From positions 1 through 39,157 of the forward strand of contig MVZB01000001.1 in assembly GCA_002068205.1 (NCBI GenBank): DNA of 39,157 nucleotides, written 5' to 3'. This document shows positions 17,663-27,369 of the stretch, in pieces. The notes under the pieces are model-generated. The model saw only the letters and a list, made by a program, of their open reading frames with translations. It searched no databases and had not been told where the DNA came from. The DNA is from a candidate division BRC1 bacterium ADurb.BinA292. GTDB taxonomy: Bacteria > Sumerlaeota > Sumerlaeia > MVZB01. Each line of letters opens with the position of its first letter. Position 1 is the first letter of the stretch. Made by a program: the position numbers and the translations under genes.

Positions 17663-18676
17663 TTATTCCTTCAGGTACTCCTCCAGCGGCGGCGCGATGA
17701 CTTCCTGAATCTCGGGCAGCTCGAAGTTCTCCCGTGTCACCAGCGCGACGCCGGTGTCGATCCGATCCGCCACCTCGTCGCCGGCGAGGGCGCGCGCGGC
17801 CGCCATCACGCCTTCATAACCCATCAGGAACGGATTCTGCACGACCAGCCCGTCGATCTGCCCCGCCTTCAGGGCGTCGAGCAGTTTGGGGCTCGCATCG
17901 AACCCAATGAACCTGACCTTGCCCGCCAGGCCATGGTTGCGCAGGGCGAGCAGCATGCCGAACGTGCTCGATTCGTTCGGACAGAAGATGCCGTCGATCT
18001 GCTGGTCCTTCAGCGCGTTGAGCAGGCTGTTGCTCTTCTGCAACGCTTCGTCGGAGGTGGCGCCGGCATACTGGTTTTCGCTGATGACCTTGATCTCGGG
18101 AAACTCGGCAATGGCTTTTAGGAAGCCGGCCTCGCGCGCCTCGGTGGAGGCGCTGCCGACGGCGTAGCGCAGCATGATGACATGGCCCTTGCCGCCGAGC
18201 AGCCGGCCCAGTTCGCGTCCCGCCAACTCGCCCCCCCGCTCATTGTCGGTGGCGACGAAACTGACAATCTCGACCCCCTCGCGTTCGATGTCGCTGTCGA
18301 TGATGACGACGGGGATGCCGCGCCGGTTGGCCTGAATGACGGCGTTGCGCAGCGAACGGGCGTCGAGCGGCGCCAGCACGATCGCATCGGTCTTCTTCGC
18401 CACGTGCGATTGCACGATCTGGATCTGGCTGTTGCGGTCGTCCTCGCGCAGCGGCCCCTGCCAGGTGATCGCAACCTGGTCCAGTTCGCGATCGGCCTTG
18501 GCGGCGCCGGCGTGAACCGCCTGCCAGAAATCATGCGTCGTTCCCTTGGGGATGACGACGATGTTGGAACCCTCGCCCGCCTGCGCGTGAAGCTGAGGCG
18601 CGGCGAACGCGACCAGCGCCGCGACGGCGGCCAGGCGCCACGCGGAGCGCGCGAGCGAATGGAAATGAACGGGCAT
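17663..18676 (-). CDS. periplasmic sugar-binding protein (RbsB-like) of the ABC transporter
   Basis: I place the start at ATG 18676 (MPVHFHSLARSAWRLAAVAALVAFAAPQLHAQA signal peptide, GGAGAG Shine-Dalgarno). Blocks IVVIPKGTTHDFWQAVHAGA, DAIVLAPLD and GIPVVIIDSD are typical of the Peripla_BP family. The 58 codons upstream in the track ORF look spurious. Confidence 0.85.
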   Translation of the reverse strand: MPVHFHSLARSAWRLAAVAALVAFAAPQLHAQAGEGSNIVVIPKGTTHDFWQAVHAGAAKADRELDQVAITWQGPLREDDRNSQIQIVQSHVAKKTDAIVLAPLDARSLRNAVIQANRRGIPVVIIDSDIEREGVEIVSFVATDNERGGELAGRELGRLLGGKGHVIMLRYAVGSASTEAREAGFLKAIAEFPEIKVISENQYAGATSDEALQKSNSLLNALKDQQIDGIFCPNESSTFGMLLALRNHGLAGKVRFIGFDASPKLLDALKAGQIDGLVVQNPFLMGYEGVMAAARALAGDEVADRIDTGVALVTRENFELPEIQEVIAPPLEEYLKE

Positions 18677-19126
18677 GATTGACTCTCCTCTCGGCACGGA
18701 TTCACCCAAGCCCGAGCATTTTAAGTCGCCGCCCACCGGGCTGCAAGCGATCCGGACCGACTGATCCCGATCGCCGTTCGCGATCATCGCGCTTCCCCCG
18801 CGCCCCTGGCGGAATTGCCGACTTCGGCATGCGGCCCGCTTCTTGCTCACAGCAGCTTAAACGGCCGGGCGCTCCGCCCCGCGCGGCGCGGCCGCCCGAC
18901 CAGTTGCCCCATGCGAGGCTGCATCATGGCGAAGTCAACGACCAAACAGATTGGCCGGCGGCGGCGAGAGCCGGTTCTGCCAACTCGTCAGCCGACACGG
19001 CGCATCATCATTTCCCCGCGGGTAATTTCCATTGGAATTTTTGGATAATTCAAACGACGCACCGTCCAGTCATCCCGAGGGGCTTACTCCCCGGGGTTCG
19101 ATCCAAACGCGAAGAGGGTAATTACA

Positions 19127-19288
19127 ATGAGTATCGTCGGCATGATCCTGTTGATCCTGTTGATCATGATTGTTCTGGGCTCGCTCCCTGCGTGGCCCTA
19201 CAGCCGCGGCTGGGGCTACTATCCCAGCGGATCGGTGGGATTGATCCTCATCATCGTGATCGTGCTTCTGGTGCTTGGCGTGATCTGA
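19127..19288 (+). CDS. small membrane protein, DUF3309-like
   Basis: A 53-aa ORF below the track cutoff, found by eye: MSIVGMILLILLIMIVLGSLPAWPYSRGWGYYPSGSVGLILIIVIVLLVLGVI. The WPYSRGWGY core between two TM helices is the DUF3309 hallmark as I recall it. GAGGG lies upstream. Confidence 0.7.
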   Translation: MSIVGMILLILLIMIVLGSLPAWPYSRGWGYYPSGSVGLILIIVIVLLVLGVI

Positions 19289-19350
19289 GCGTCTGAACCG
19301 CAATCCCCCTGTTGTAACTCCCCGCGAGGCGGCGTCGGCTGTTTTTACAA

Positions 19351-20522
19351 ATGGAAGTATTCGAGCACGTGATTCTTGGGGGCGGCGTCGCCGCCGGCCA
19401 CGCCGCCCGCGAGTTCGTCAAGCGGGGCGTTAAGCCGGGTCAGTTGGCCCTTGTTTCGGCCGAGGCCTCGTTCTGCTACGAACGCCCACCGCTTTCCAAG
19501 GCCCTGCTGGCGGGCACGAAGCGGCCCGAGGAAACGCTGATCAGTCCCCCCAGGTTCTATGCGGAAAACGGCATTGCCTTTTATCATGAATGGCGCGCCG
19601 TCGGCATCGACTTCGGCCGGCGGCTGATGATGAACGATCAGGGCGAGACGATCGGCTTCCGCAAGCTGATGCTGGCGACCGGCTCGCGGGTGCGCAAGCT
19701 GGCCATCGCCGGCGGCGATCTGCCGGGCGTGCATTACCTGCGGACGCTGGAGCATGCGCGCGCGATCGTCGGCGCGCTGCGCGACGTGCGGCGCATCGTC
19801 GTCATCGGCGGCGGCATTTCACGCCCGAAATCTCGGCTTTCTTCAAGGGCTACTTTCAGAGCAACGGTATTCATCTTATCTTTTCCGCCAGGCCCGCGGC
19901 GCTTCACGGCCCAGAGCATGTCACGCGCGTCACGCTGGAGACCGGCCAGTCGCTCCCCGCCGAAATGGTGGTCGTCGGCATCGGCGTCGTGCCGGAGCTG
20001 GAGCTGTATCGTCAGACCGGCCTGCAGCTCGACGCGGGCGTCCTGGCCAACCAGTTCCTCGAGACCAACATCCCCGATGTCTGGGCCGTCGGCGACATCT
20101 GCCAGTATGAGGATGTGCTGTTCGGCAAGCGCCGGCGCATCGAACACTGGGATAACGCCAAAAGCCAGGGCGAACACGCCGCGCGCGCGATGCTCGGCCG
20201 GCGCGAACCGTTCATACACGTGCCCTACTTCTTTTCCGACGTGTTCGATCTGTCGTGGGAATTCTGGGGCGACACCGAGGAGGCGGATCGCGTGCTCTAC
20301 CGCGGCGATCTGGGGCGCGGCGGCATCAGCGCGTGGTGGCTGCGCGGCGACCAGGTGCACGCCGCGTTCGTAATGAACCGGCCCGATGAAGAACGGCGCG
20401 CCGCGCCGCTGCTGATCGCGCACGGCACGCCGATCAACGCCGAATGCATTGCCAACATGGAAATTCCACCGGCGCGATGGACCCCGGCGCAGAACTGCGA
20501 AACTGGTCCCTCTCTTGCTTAG
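19351..20522 (+). pseudogene. FAD/NAD(P)H pyridine-nucleotide-disulfide oxidoreductase (ferredoxin-reductase-like) with an out-of-frame internal deletion
   Basis: Frame 1 reads MEVFEHVILGGGVAAGHAAREF...LMLATGSRVRKL...RRIVVIGGG and then nonsense. Frame 2 resumes at about 19818 with FTPEISAFFKGYFQSNGIHL...VVVGIGVVPE...VWAVGDIC...IEHWDNA. The roughly 30 residues that normally follow the second GxGxxG (yIGlE.A..l...G..Vt...) are absent. Confidence 0.7.
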
Positions 20523-20621
20523 TAAATCATTAACGGGACGGCGCGCGAGGAACTCCCCGCAAATTCATCTCCTGTCCCGCTTCAATCATCCCTGGGGTGA
20601 TTCCTTCGGAGGTTAAGGACC

Positions 20622-20795
20622 ATGTTATACTGGGCTCTCGTGTTCTTCATTCTGGCGCTGGTCGCCGGTCTGCTCGGCTTTGGCGGGCTCTACGCCGCGT
20701 TCGCGACGGTTGGCAAGATTCTGTTCGTCATCTTCCTGATCGTCTTCCTCGTCTCGCTGATCATGGGTCTGGTCGGCGGACGGCGAGTCGTCTGA
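20622..20795 (+). CDS. small membrane protein, DUF1328 / UPF0391 (YtjA-like)
   Basis: A 57-aa ORF below the track cutoff: MLYWALVFFILALVAGLLGFGGLYAAFATVGKILFVIFLIVFLVSLIMGLVGGRRVV. The LGFGG..a..a.iaKiLFf.Fl pattern is characteristic. GGAGG lies 8 nt upstream. Confidence 0.75.
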   Translation: MLYWALVFFILALVAGLLGFGGLYAAFATVGKILFVIFLIVFLVSLIMGLVGGRRVV

Positions 20796-20810
20796 GCCTC
20801 TGCTTGCGCA

Positions 20811-20845
20811 CCCCGCCCTCTCGTCAGGGCGGGGTATTTGTTTTT
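20811..20845 (+). terminator. rho-independent terminator after the DUF1328 gene
   Basis: An 8-bp GC stem, CCCCGCCC (20811-18) with GGGCGGGG (20827-34), followed by TATTTGTTTTT. Confidence 0.6.
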
Positions 20846-21181
20846 CAGCGGACTGCTGGGGAAATCCCCCACCGATCCGACCGCATTCGTTCCCACCCGC
20901 GGGTCCTGTTTCACGGAAATTGTCCGTCGGCTGCTTCCGTTAACAAAATCTGCAATACACATTCTCGGGCTGATTTGCTAACCTGACATACCGCGGCCCT
21001 TACAACCCAGGGCGCCGCACGGGGGCAAGTCGAACACGAGACTGACAGGGGAATCGCTCCCCGCCAGGCGCCGCCGACAGGCAGCATGGTTTAGAATCCC
21101 CGCCACCGGGGCGGGGAGCATCGCAGCGCGCAGCGGCGCAACAACCGGGCTGCCCATCATCAGGAAGCAACGACGATCCGG

Positions 21182-22246
21182 ATGAATTCGAAGATCACCG
21201 TTACGCAGGTCCCGCTCCAGCAACTGATCGACGTGCTCGACGTGGGCATCCTGGTGCTGGGGCGCGACGGTCAGCCCGATTTTTCCAATGCGCCCGCGCG
21301 CATGCACTTCGGCTGCACCCGACACGATGATCTCGTCGAACGCTGGCAGCAGATTGACCGCGAGCTGAATGAGATCCCGACCGACGGCCAGGGCGCCGTC
21401 GCCTGCACCGTGCAGCTCGAAGTCCCCGGCCCGGTGCGCGCCCGCCGGCTGCAACTGGAATTCTATCCGCTCAACCATGAGGACTGCGAAGGCCAGATCG
21501 TCCTGATCCGCGACCGCGAAATGCTCGACGCGATGGAAACCGACCTGCGCCTGGCCTCGCGCTTCCGCGGCCTGACCCGGCTCTACCGCGCCATCGCGCA
21601 CGATCTGAAGGCCCCGCTCAACGCGATGGTGATCAACCTGGAACTGCTCAAGGAGACGATCAATCTCCCCCATCGCGATGCCTCGACGCAGGAACGCAAG
21701 GACCGCTATGTGAACATCCTGATGTCGGAACTGGGCCGGCTCAACCGCACGCTGCAGCTCCTGCTGACGCAGGCCGATCTGTCGACGAAGTCCAGCGAAC
21801 GGATCGACCTGGGCGAGATCCTGCTCGATGTGGTGACCCTGCTGACCCCGCAAGCCAAACAGCAGGAGATCTCGGTCAATTATCACCTGCCCGAGGAGCC
21901 CGTGCTCATCATCGGCAGCGAGGACTGGCTCAAGCAGGCGGTGCTCAACATCACGATCAATGCCCTGGAGGCGATGGATCGCGGTGGACGGCTGACGATT
22001 CGGCTCCATGTCAAGGAACACGTCGCGACGCTGCTGGTGGAGGACACCGGCTCGGGGATCTCGCAGGAAGACCTGGAAAAAATCTGGAACATGCATTTCA
22101 CGACGAAGTCATCCGGAACGGGGATCGGGTTGTACGTCAGCCGCTCGGTGATTCAGTCGCACGGGGGGAGCATCGACGTGATGAGCGTCCCCGGCGAAGG
22201 CAGCCTGTTCCGCATAACCCTTCCCACCGCCGGAAAAGAGAACTGA
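21182..22246 (+). CDS. sensor histidine kinase (PAS-like N-terminus, HisKA, HATPase_c), cytoplasmic
   Basis: 354 aa. H-box YRAIAHDLKAPLNAM, N-box LNITINALEAM, G-boxes EDTGSGI and GTGIGLYVSRSVIQSHGGSI. Confidence 0.9.
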   Translation: MNSKITVTQVPLQQLIDVLDVGILVLGRDGQPDFSNAPARMHFGCTRHDDLVERWQQIDRELNEIPTDGQGAVACTVQLEVPGPVRARRLQLEFYPLNHEDCEGQIVLIRDREMLDAMETDLRLASRFRGLTRLYRAIAHDLKAPLNAMVINLELLKETINLPHRDASTQERKDRYVNILMSELGRLNRTLQLLLTQADLSTKSSERIDLGEILLDVVTLLTPQAKQQEISVNYHLPEEPVLIIGSEDWLKQAVLNITINALEAMDRGGRLTIRLHVKEHVATLLVEDTGSGISQEDLEKIWNMHFTTKSSGTGIGLYVSRSVIQSHGGSIDVMSVPGEGSLFRITLPTAGKEN

Positions 22247-22254
22247 GGTAGACG

Positions 22255-23625
<1,371 letters not shown>

Positions 23626-23728
23626 AGGGCTGAAGGCTGTTTTTCAGGGTTGGTTCGATAGCGATAGCGATCCCGATCCCGATAGTGGCGTCGGCGTGTC
23701 GTTTAGTCCCCGGCTGTTTCCCCCAGTT

Positions 23729-23819
23729 TGTTTCCAATTGAAAGAACGGCTCGGCTTGCGATTAGATGGAAGCACTTCCGCTGTCATCGGGAAGAAGTCA
23801 TCGTGTTTCCAACACGGAA
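23729..23819. promoter_or_regulatory. cluster of TTCC/GGAA inverted repeats (candidate enhancer/UAS for the NtrC-type activator)
   Basis: TGTTTCCAATTGAAA (23729-43), GGAAGCACTTCC (23768-79) and TGTTTCCAACACGGAA (23804-19). They lie 35-125 nt upstream of the -24 element. Confidence 0.3.
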
Positions 23820-23851
23820 GGCAGCCCATCGGAACCGCGCCCGGCGGTTGT

Positions 23852-23867
23852 TGGCACAAATGCTGCT
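23852..23867 (+). promoter_or_regulatory. sigma-54 (-24/-12) promoter
   Basis: TGGCACaaatgCTGCT. The GG (23853-54) and GC (23865-66) have the canonical 12-nt register of TGGCAC-N5-TTGC. It sits directly downstream of a sigma-54 activator gene and about 105 nt upstream of the next ATG. Confidence 0.55.
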
Positions 23868-23971
23868 TTGGGTGCGGTCACAGCCGATGGCTGCCCGGCC
23901 GGGAGGAAGTGCCGTTGGCCATCCACGCCACCCCTTCCCCCGCGATTCCCCCTGAAGAAAGGTTGATTGAA

Positions 23972-24163
23972 ATGCTGACTCACTTCACGGTGGCCTTTAG
24001 GCGTGTGCTGATGCTGTTGGCGCTGCTCTTCGCCAGCGTCGCGGTCATGCCGACCCTCGTGGCCTGCAACGGCGGCGCCGAGGACAATCTGGAAGACGCC
24101 GGCGAAAACCTGGGCGACGCCGTCGAGGATCTGGGCGACGCGGCGGAGGATGCCCTCGACTGA
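23972..24163 (+). CDS. small acidic lipoprotein (63 aa)
   Basis: MLTHFTVAFRRVLMLLALLFASVAVMPTLVAC with the lipobox LVAC. The mature part, NGGAEDNLEDAGENLGDAVEDLGDAAEDALD, is made of degenerate acidic repeats. GAAAGG lies upstream. It is the 3' part of track ORF 23696-24163, whose upstream part starts at a GTG and looks non-coding. Confidence 0.55.
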   Translation: MLTHFTVAFRRVLMLLALLFASVAVMPTLVACNGGAEDNLEDAGENLGDAVEDLGDAAEDALD

Positions 24164-24209
24164 TTTGATCCGCCGGCGGCCTTCCCGCTGGCGGCACGGG
24201 TCCCTTCAG

Positions 24210-24246
24210 GCGGACAGCCTGCCCGCACGGGCGCTGTCCGCTTTTT
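24210..24246. terminator. bidirectional rho-independent terminator
   Basis: A 9-bp stem, GCGGACAGC (24210-18) with GCTGTCCGC (24233-41), followed by TTTTT. It lies between the convergent lipoprotein gene and the GH-like gene. Confidence 0.55.
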
Positions 24247-25277
24247 CATTCCACCGCCGCGCCGGCCATGCCGGCCGCCTCCCACCGCACCAGATCCCGG
24301 CTGCGCGCGATTCCCAGCCGGTTCCATCCGCGGCCGCCGAAATCCGCGCGCCGCTGCCCGTTGCTGCCCGCATAAAACAGGTAGAACCAGCCGTCGGTCG
24401 CGCGCCGGTCCAAAAGCCAGGCGCCGTTGGCCAGGATTTCCCGGTTGAAGTCCTGGACCGGGATGTCCAGCGCGGTCCCGTTCTCCCAGCGCGAGAATCT
24501 CAGCCCCGCGCTGGTCGATTCGGGCCGCTCGAACAGATACGGCCGATGGCGATCCTCGCGCGCCGCCGCCAGCAGGCGCCACCCCTCCCCGATGCGCAGG
24601 ACCTGGAAGCTGGCGAAATACGGCCGGTGCGCGCCGTCGACCGTGCTCAGCTCCAGGTATCCCGGTCCCAGCCACGCAAAGTCGCCGACGAGCCGCTCGC
24701 CATGGGCCACGCGCGGCAGCCGCCCCTGGTTCCAGATCAGAAGGTGGACCTCGCCGAACGGCGCCAGGGCGGGGTCGACCGCCCGCGCCTCCCCAGTCAG
24801 GTTGGCCGCCAGGGGGCGGGGACTGGACCAGGCCATCAGGTCCGGCGACTCACACCAGAAGAGCGCGTTGGGCTGCTCCGGCGCGTCGCCCCACGAATTG
24901 CCGACCAGGACATAGCGGTTTCCGTCGTGCACGACATAGGGCGAAGCGGTCCCGCGCCAACCGCGGCTCGCGCCGTCCAGCCGGTTCACCTCGGCGAATC
25001 GCACCAGATCGGCGCTTGTGTACTGGACGATTGTGCAGTTCGGCGCGTCCCCGGATTCCTGGAAGGCGGAGCAGAAGATGTGGAACAAGCCGTCGGCCTC
25101 GACGACGCAGAAATCGTGCAGCGATTGATCGTGATCGCCGAGGATCGGATTGCGCAGGGCCTCCCAATCCAGCTCGGCCGGCGCCGCCCCGGCGGCGAGC
25201 GTGAAGCAAAGCAGGCCCGCGGCCGCGACGCGACGCGGAAGACCTACCAATTGTGATAGCCGCTCAGCCGTTTTCAT
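24246..25277 (-). CDS. secreted beta-propeller glycoside-hydrolase-like protein (GH43/GH130-like fold; family uncertain)
   Basis: I place the start at ATG 25277 (MKTAERLSQLVGLPRRVAAAGLLCFTLAAGAAPA signal). Recurrent propeller-blade-like blocks include DFCVVEADGLFHIFCSA, SPYVVHDGNRYVLV, GWFYLFYAG and WNRLGIARSRDLVRWE. The coding call is more secure than the family call. Confidence 0.5.
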   Translation of the reverse strand: MKTAERLSQLVGLPRRVAAAGLLCFTLAAGAAPAELDWEALRNPILGDHDQSLHDFCVVEADGLFHIFCSAFQESGDAPNCTIVQYTSADLVRFAEVNRLDGASRGWRGTASPYVVHDGNRYVLVGNSWGDAPEQPNALFWCESPDLMAWSSPRPLAANLTGEARAVDPALAPFGEVHLLIWNQGRLPRVAHGERLVGDFAWLGPGYLELSTVDGAHRPYFASFQVLRIGEGWRLLAAAREDRHRPYLFERPESTSAGLRFSRWENGTALDIPVQDFNREILANGAWLLDRRATDGWFYLFYAGSNGQRRADFGGRGWNRLGIARSRDLVRWEAAGMAGAAVE

Positions 25278-25282
25278 CGCCG

Positions 25283-25381
25283 TTCCGTCCCTTTCGTCCA
25301 TAGTTCGGCTCTCGTCCTCGTCCTCGGCTCTCGAAAACCCGTCGATTCGATCCCGATAGCGATCCCGGTCCCGCTACCGAT
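25283..25381. repeat. partial repeat modules shared with other intergenic regions
   Basis: 25304-25355 (CGGCTCTCGTCCTCGTCCTCGGCTCTCGAAAACCCGTCGATTCG) aligns with 36742-36800 (CGGCTCTCGTCTTTCGTCCTCGGCGCTCGAATATTCGCAATCGGTCGATTTT). 25346-25381 shares TTCGAT-NNN-GATAGCGATCCCG-R-TCCCG with 23654-23686. Confidence 0.5.
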
Positions 25382-25452
25382 GGAAGGAGTCGCATCCCGC
25401 CGCCGGGTTGGCTATGCTCGGGGCAATTCTTGTCTGCAAGGAGTCACGCCCC

Positions 25453-26412
25453 ATGCCCGCCTCGCCTGAACCCGCCGCGCCGCCATTCATCATCGGTGTC
25501 GATATCGGCGGCACCAAATGCGCGGTGGCCAAGAGCACGCGGGACGGCCAGATCCTGGCGCACGAGACGTTCCCGACCGAATCGATGGCGCGCACCGTCG
25601 CGCTCATCCTGGAGGCCGTCGAGCGGCTCCAGCCGGGCGGCGACCCGCTTTTCGGCGTCGCCTGCGGCAGTCCGCAGGACAGCGCCCGCGGCATCATCCA
25701 GGCGCCGCCCAATCTGCCCGGCTGGGTCGACGTCCCGATCATCGACCACTTGACCGGCCGGTTCGGCGGCCAGGGGTGGCTGATGAACGATGCCAACGCC
25801 TGCGCCCTGGCCGAGTGGTTCTTCGGCGCCGGCGTCGGCACGCGCCACATGATCTACCTGACGTTCGGCACCGGGCTGGGCGGCGGCCTGATCCTCAACG
25901 GCCGGCTCTATGCCGGGGCCTGCGACAACGCCGGCGAGGTCGGCCACTTCCGGCTGGCGGAGGACGGCCCGGTCGGCGTCGGCAAGGCCGGCTCGTTCGA
26001 GGGCTTCTGCAGCGGCGGCGGCATTGCGCAACGGGCGCGCGACTGGGCGCGGGCGCGGGCCGCCGGCGCCGATGACCGCCCCGTGACGGCGCGCGAGGTC
26101 GCCGCGGCCGCCGACCAGGGCGATCCCGGCGCCATCGCCATCTTCACCGAGACCGGGCGCCGGCTGGGCCAGGGCCTGGCGCTCATCATCGACATGCTCA
26201 ATCCCGAAATGATCGTCCTGGGCAGCATCTACGTCCGGTGCCGTCACCTGCTGGAGCAGCCGATGATGGAGGTGCTGCGCCGCGAGGCGCTCGGCCCGTC
26301 GCTCGCCGCCTGCCGGATCGTGCCGGCGGCGCTCGGCGAAAACCTCGGCATCTGCTCGGCGATCGCCGTGGCGCGCTATCACCTGGGCAACCTGCCGCCG
26401 GCGTCCGCCTGA
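25453..26412 (+). CDS. ROK-family sugar kinase
   Basis: Blocks IIGVDIGGTKCAVA, NDANACALAEWFFGAG and LTFGTGLGGGLILNGRLYAGACDNAGEVGHFRL. I prefer the start at 25453 (AAGGAG Shine-Dalgarno 10 nt upstream). The track start at 25408 is 15 codons upstream. The usual CxCGxxGC zinc motif is not evident. Confidence 0.8.
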   Translation: MPASPEPAAPPFIIGVDIGGTKCAVAKSTRDGQILAHETFPTESMARTVALILEAVERLQPGGDPLFGVACGSPQDSARGIIQAPPNLPGWVDVPIIDHLTGRFGGQGWLMNDANACALAEWFFGAGVGTRHMIYLTFGTGLGGGLILNGRLYAGACDNAGEVGHFRLAEDGPVGVGKAGSFEGFCSGGGIAQRARDWARARAAGADDRPVTAREVAAAADQGDPGAIAIFTETGRRLGQGLALIIDMLNPEMIVLGSIYVRCRHLLEQPMMEVLRREALGPSLAACRIVPAALGENLGICSAIAVARYHLGNLPPASA

Positions 26413-26432
26413 CCGTCGCGCGCGGCCGGCGG

Positions 26433-27359
26433 TCACCGGCCGCGATCCTCGTCCGACTCGTCAGCCTCGTATTCCCACGGCGGGATGTCGAGGCTCAGTT
26501 CCCGGTCGCGCTCTTCCTCGGCGGCGAACATCTCGCGTTTCTGCCGGGCGAACCGCCGCTTGCGCCAGTAGGCCAGCAGAAACAGCACCCCGGCAAAGAG
26601 CCAGATAAAGCCGGACCCGCTCAGGAAGGCGATCCAGGTCCAGACGTTGCGGTGGTCGCGCCGCCACTGCGCCTCCAGCGAACGGCGGAAATGGACGTCC
26701 CACAGCCGGGTGAGCAGCCGCGGCCCCTCCACCGGGTCGGCCAGTTCGCGCGCCAGCGGCGCCGGGTTGAGGCCCCCCGGGCCGGCCGTCGATTCCGGCC
26801 AGCTTCGCTCCAGATAGAACCGCGTCACCGAGAGGCTCTGGGCGTAGGCCAGTTCCTGCAGTTCGGAACCGATCGCAACCTGGCTTTCGAGTTGCTCCAG
26901 CGGGATCAGCGCGCCGAAGGCGCCGGCGACCTGGACGCGCCACGCCGATCGATAATTGCCCTCGCCGGCCACCAGCATGGCCAGGCCCTCGTTGAGCCAG
27001 CCGGGCAGCTCGCCCCGCACGCGGCGACCCAGAATCAGGTGAACCATCTCGTGGACCAGCGTGCGCTGCTGCTCGACGGGGGTCTGCCGGAAGAACGCCT
27101 CGCGATGGATGACGATTTCGTTGCGGCGCGAACGGGCGACCGCGACCACATGCGCCGGCCGCGATTGCAGGTATTCATGGAATTCCCGCTCGCTCCCCAG
27201 CGAGACGATGCGCGCCGTCTGATCCAGGCGCAGACCCAGCCGGGCCTCGGCGGCCTCCAGCGCCCGCTCGGCCGAGTCCAGCAGCGCCGGCCCCCACGGC
27301 GCGTCCGCGTCGGCCTGATGCAGACGGATCCGGGGGGTGGGTGCGAGGGAGGCGGGCAT
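26433..27359 (-). CDS. peptidase-MA-like zinc metalloprotease with C-terminal TM segment and acidic tail
   Basis: HEMVH (HExxH) followed by WLNEGLAMLVAG (third-ligand Glu context). One TM helix (IAFLSGSGFIWLFAGVLFLLAYW). I prefer the start at ATG 27359. The alternative at 27389 lies inside a tandem 9-mer repeat. Confidence 0.6.
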   Translation of the reverse strand: MPASLAPTPRIRLHQADADAPWGPALLDSAERALEAAEARLGLRLDQTARIVSLGSEREFHEYLQSRPAHVVAVARSRRNEIVIHREAFFRQTPVEQQRTLVHEMVHLILGRRVRGELPGWLNEGLAMLVAGEGNYRSAWRVQVAGAFGALIPLEQLESQVAIGSELQELAYAQSLSVTRFYLERSWPESTAGPGGLNPAPLARELADPVEGPRLLTRLWDVHFRRSLEAQWRRDHRNVWTWIAFLSGSGFIWLFAGVLFLLAYWRKRRFARQKREMFAAEEERDRELSLDIPPWEYEADESDEDRGR

Positions 27360-27369
27360 GGGCCGTATT

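Noticed and set aside
23696-23971. The N-terminal 92 codons of the 155-aa track ORF 23696..24163.
   Set aside because: The ORF starts at a GTG, and this part covers the sigma-54 promoter and the inverted-repeat cluster. Its translation is Cys/Gly/Pro-rich with no features. Only the last 63 codons, with a signal peptide, lipobox and Shine-Dalgarno, look like a gene.
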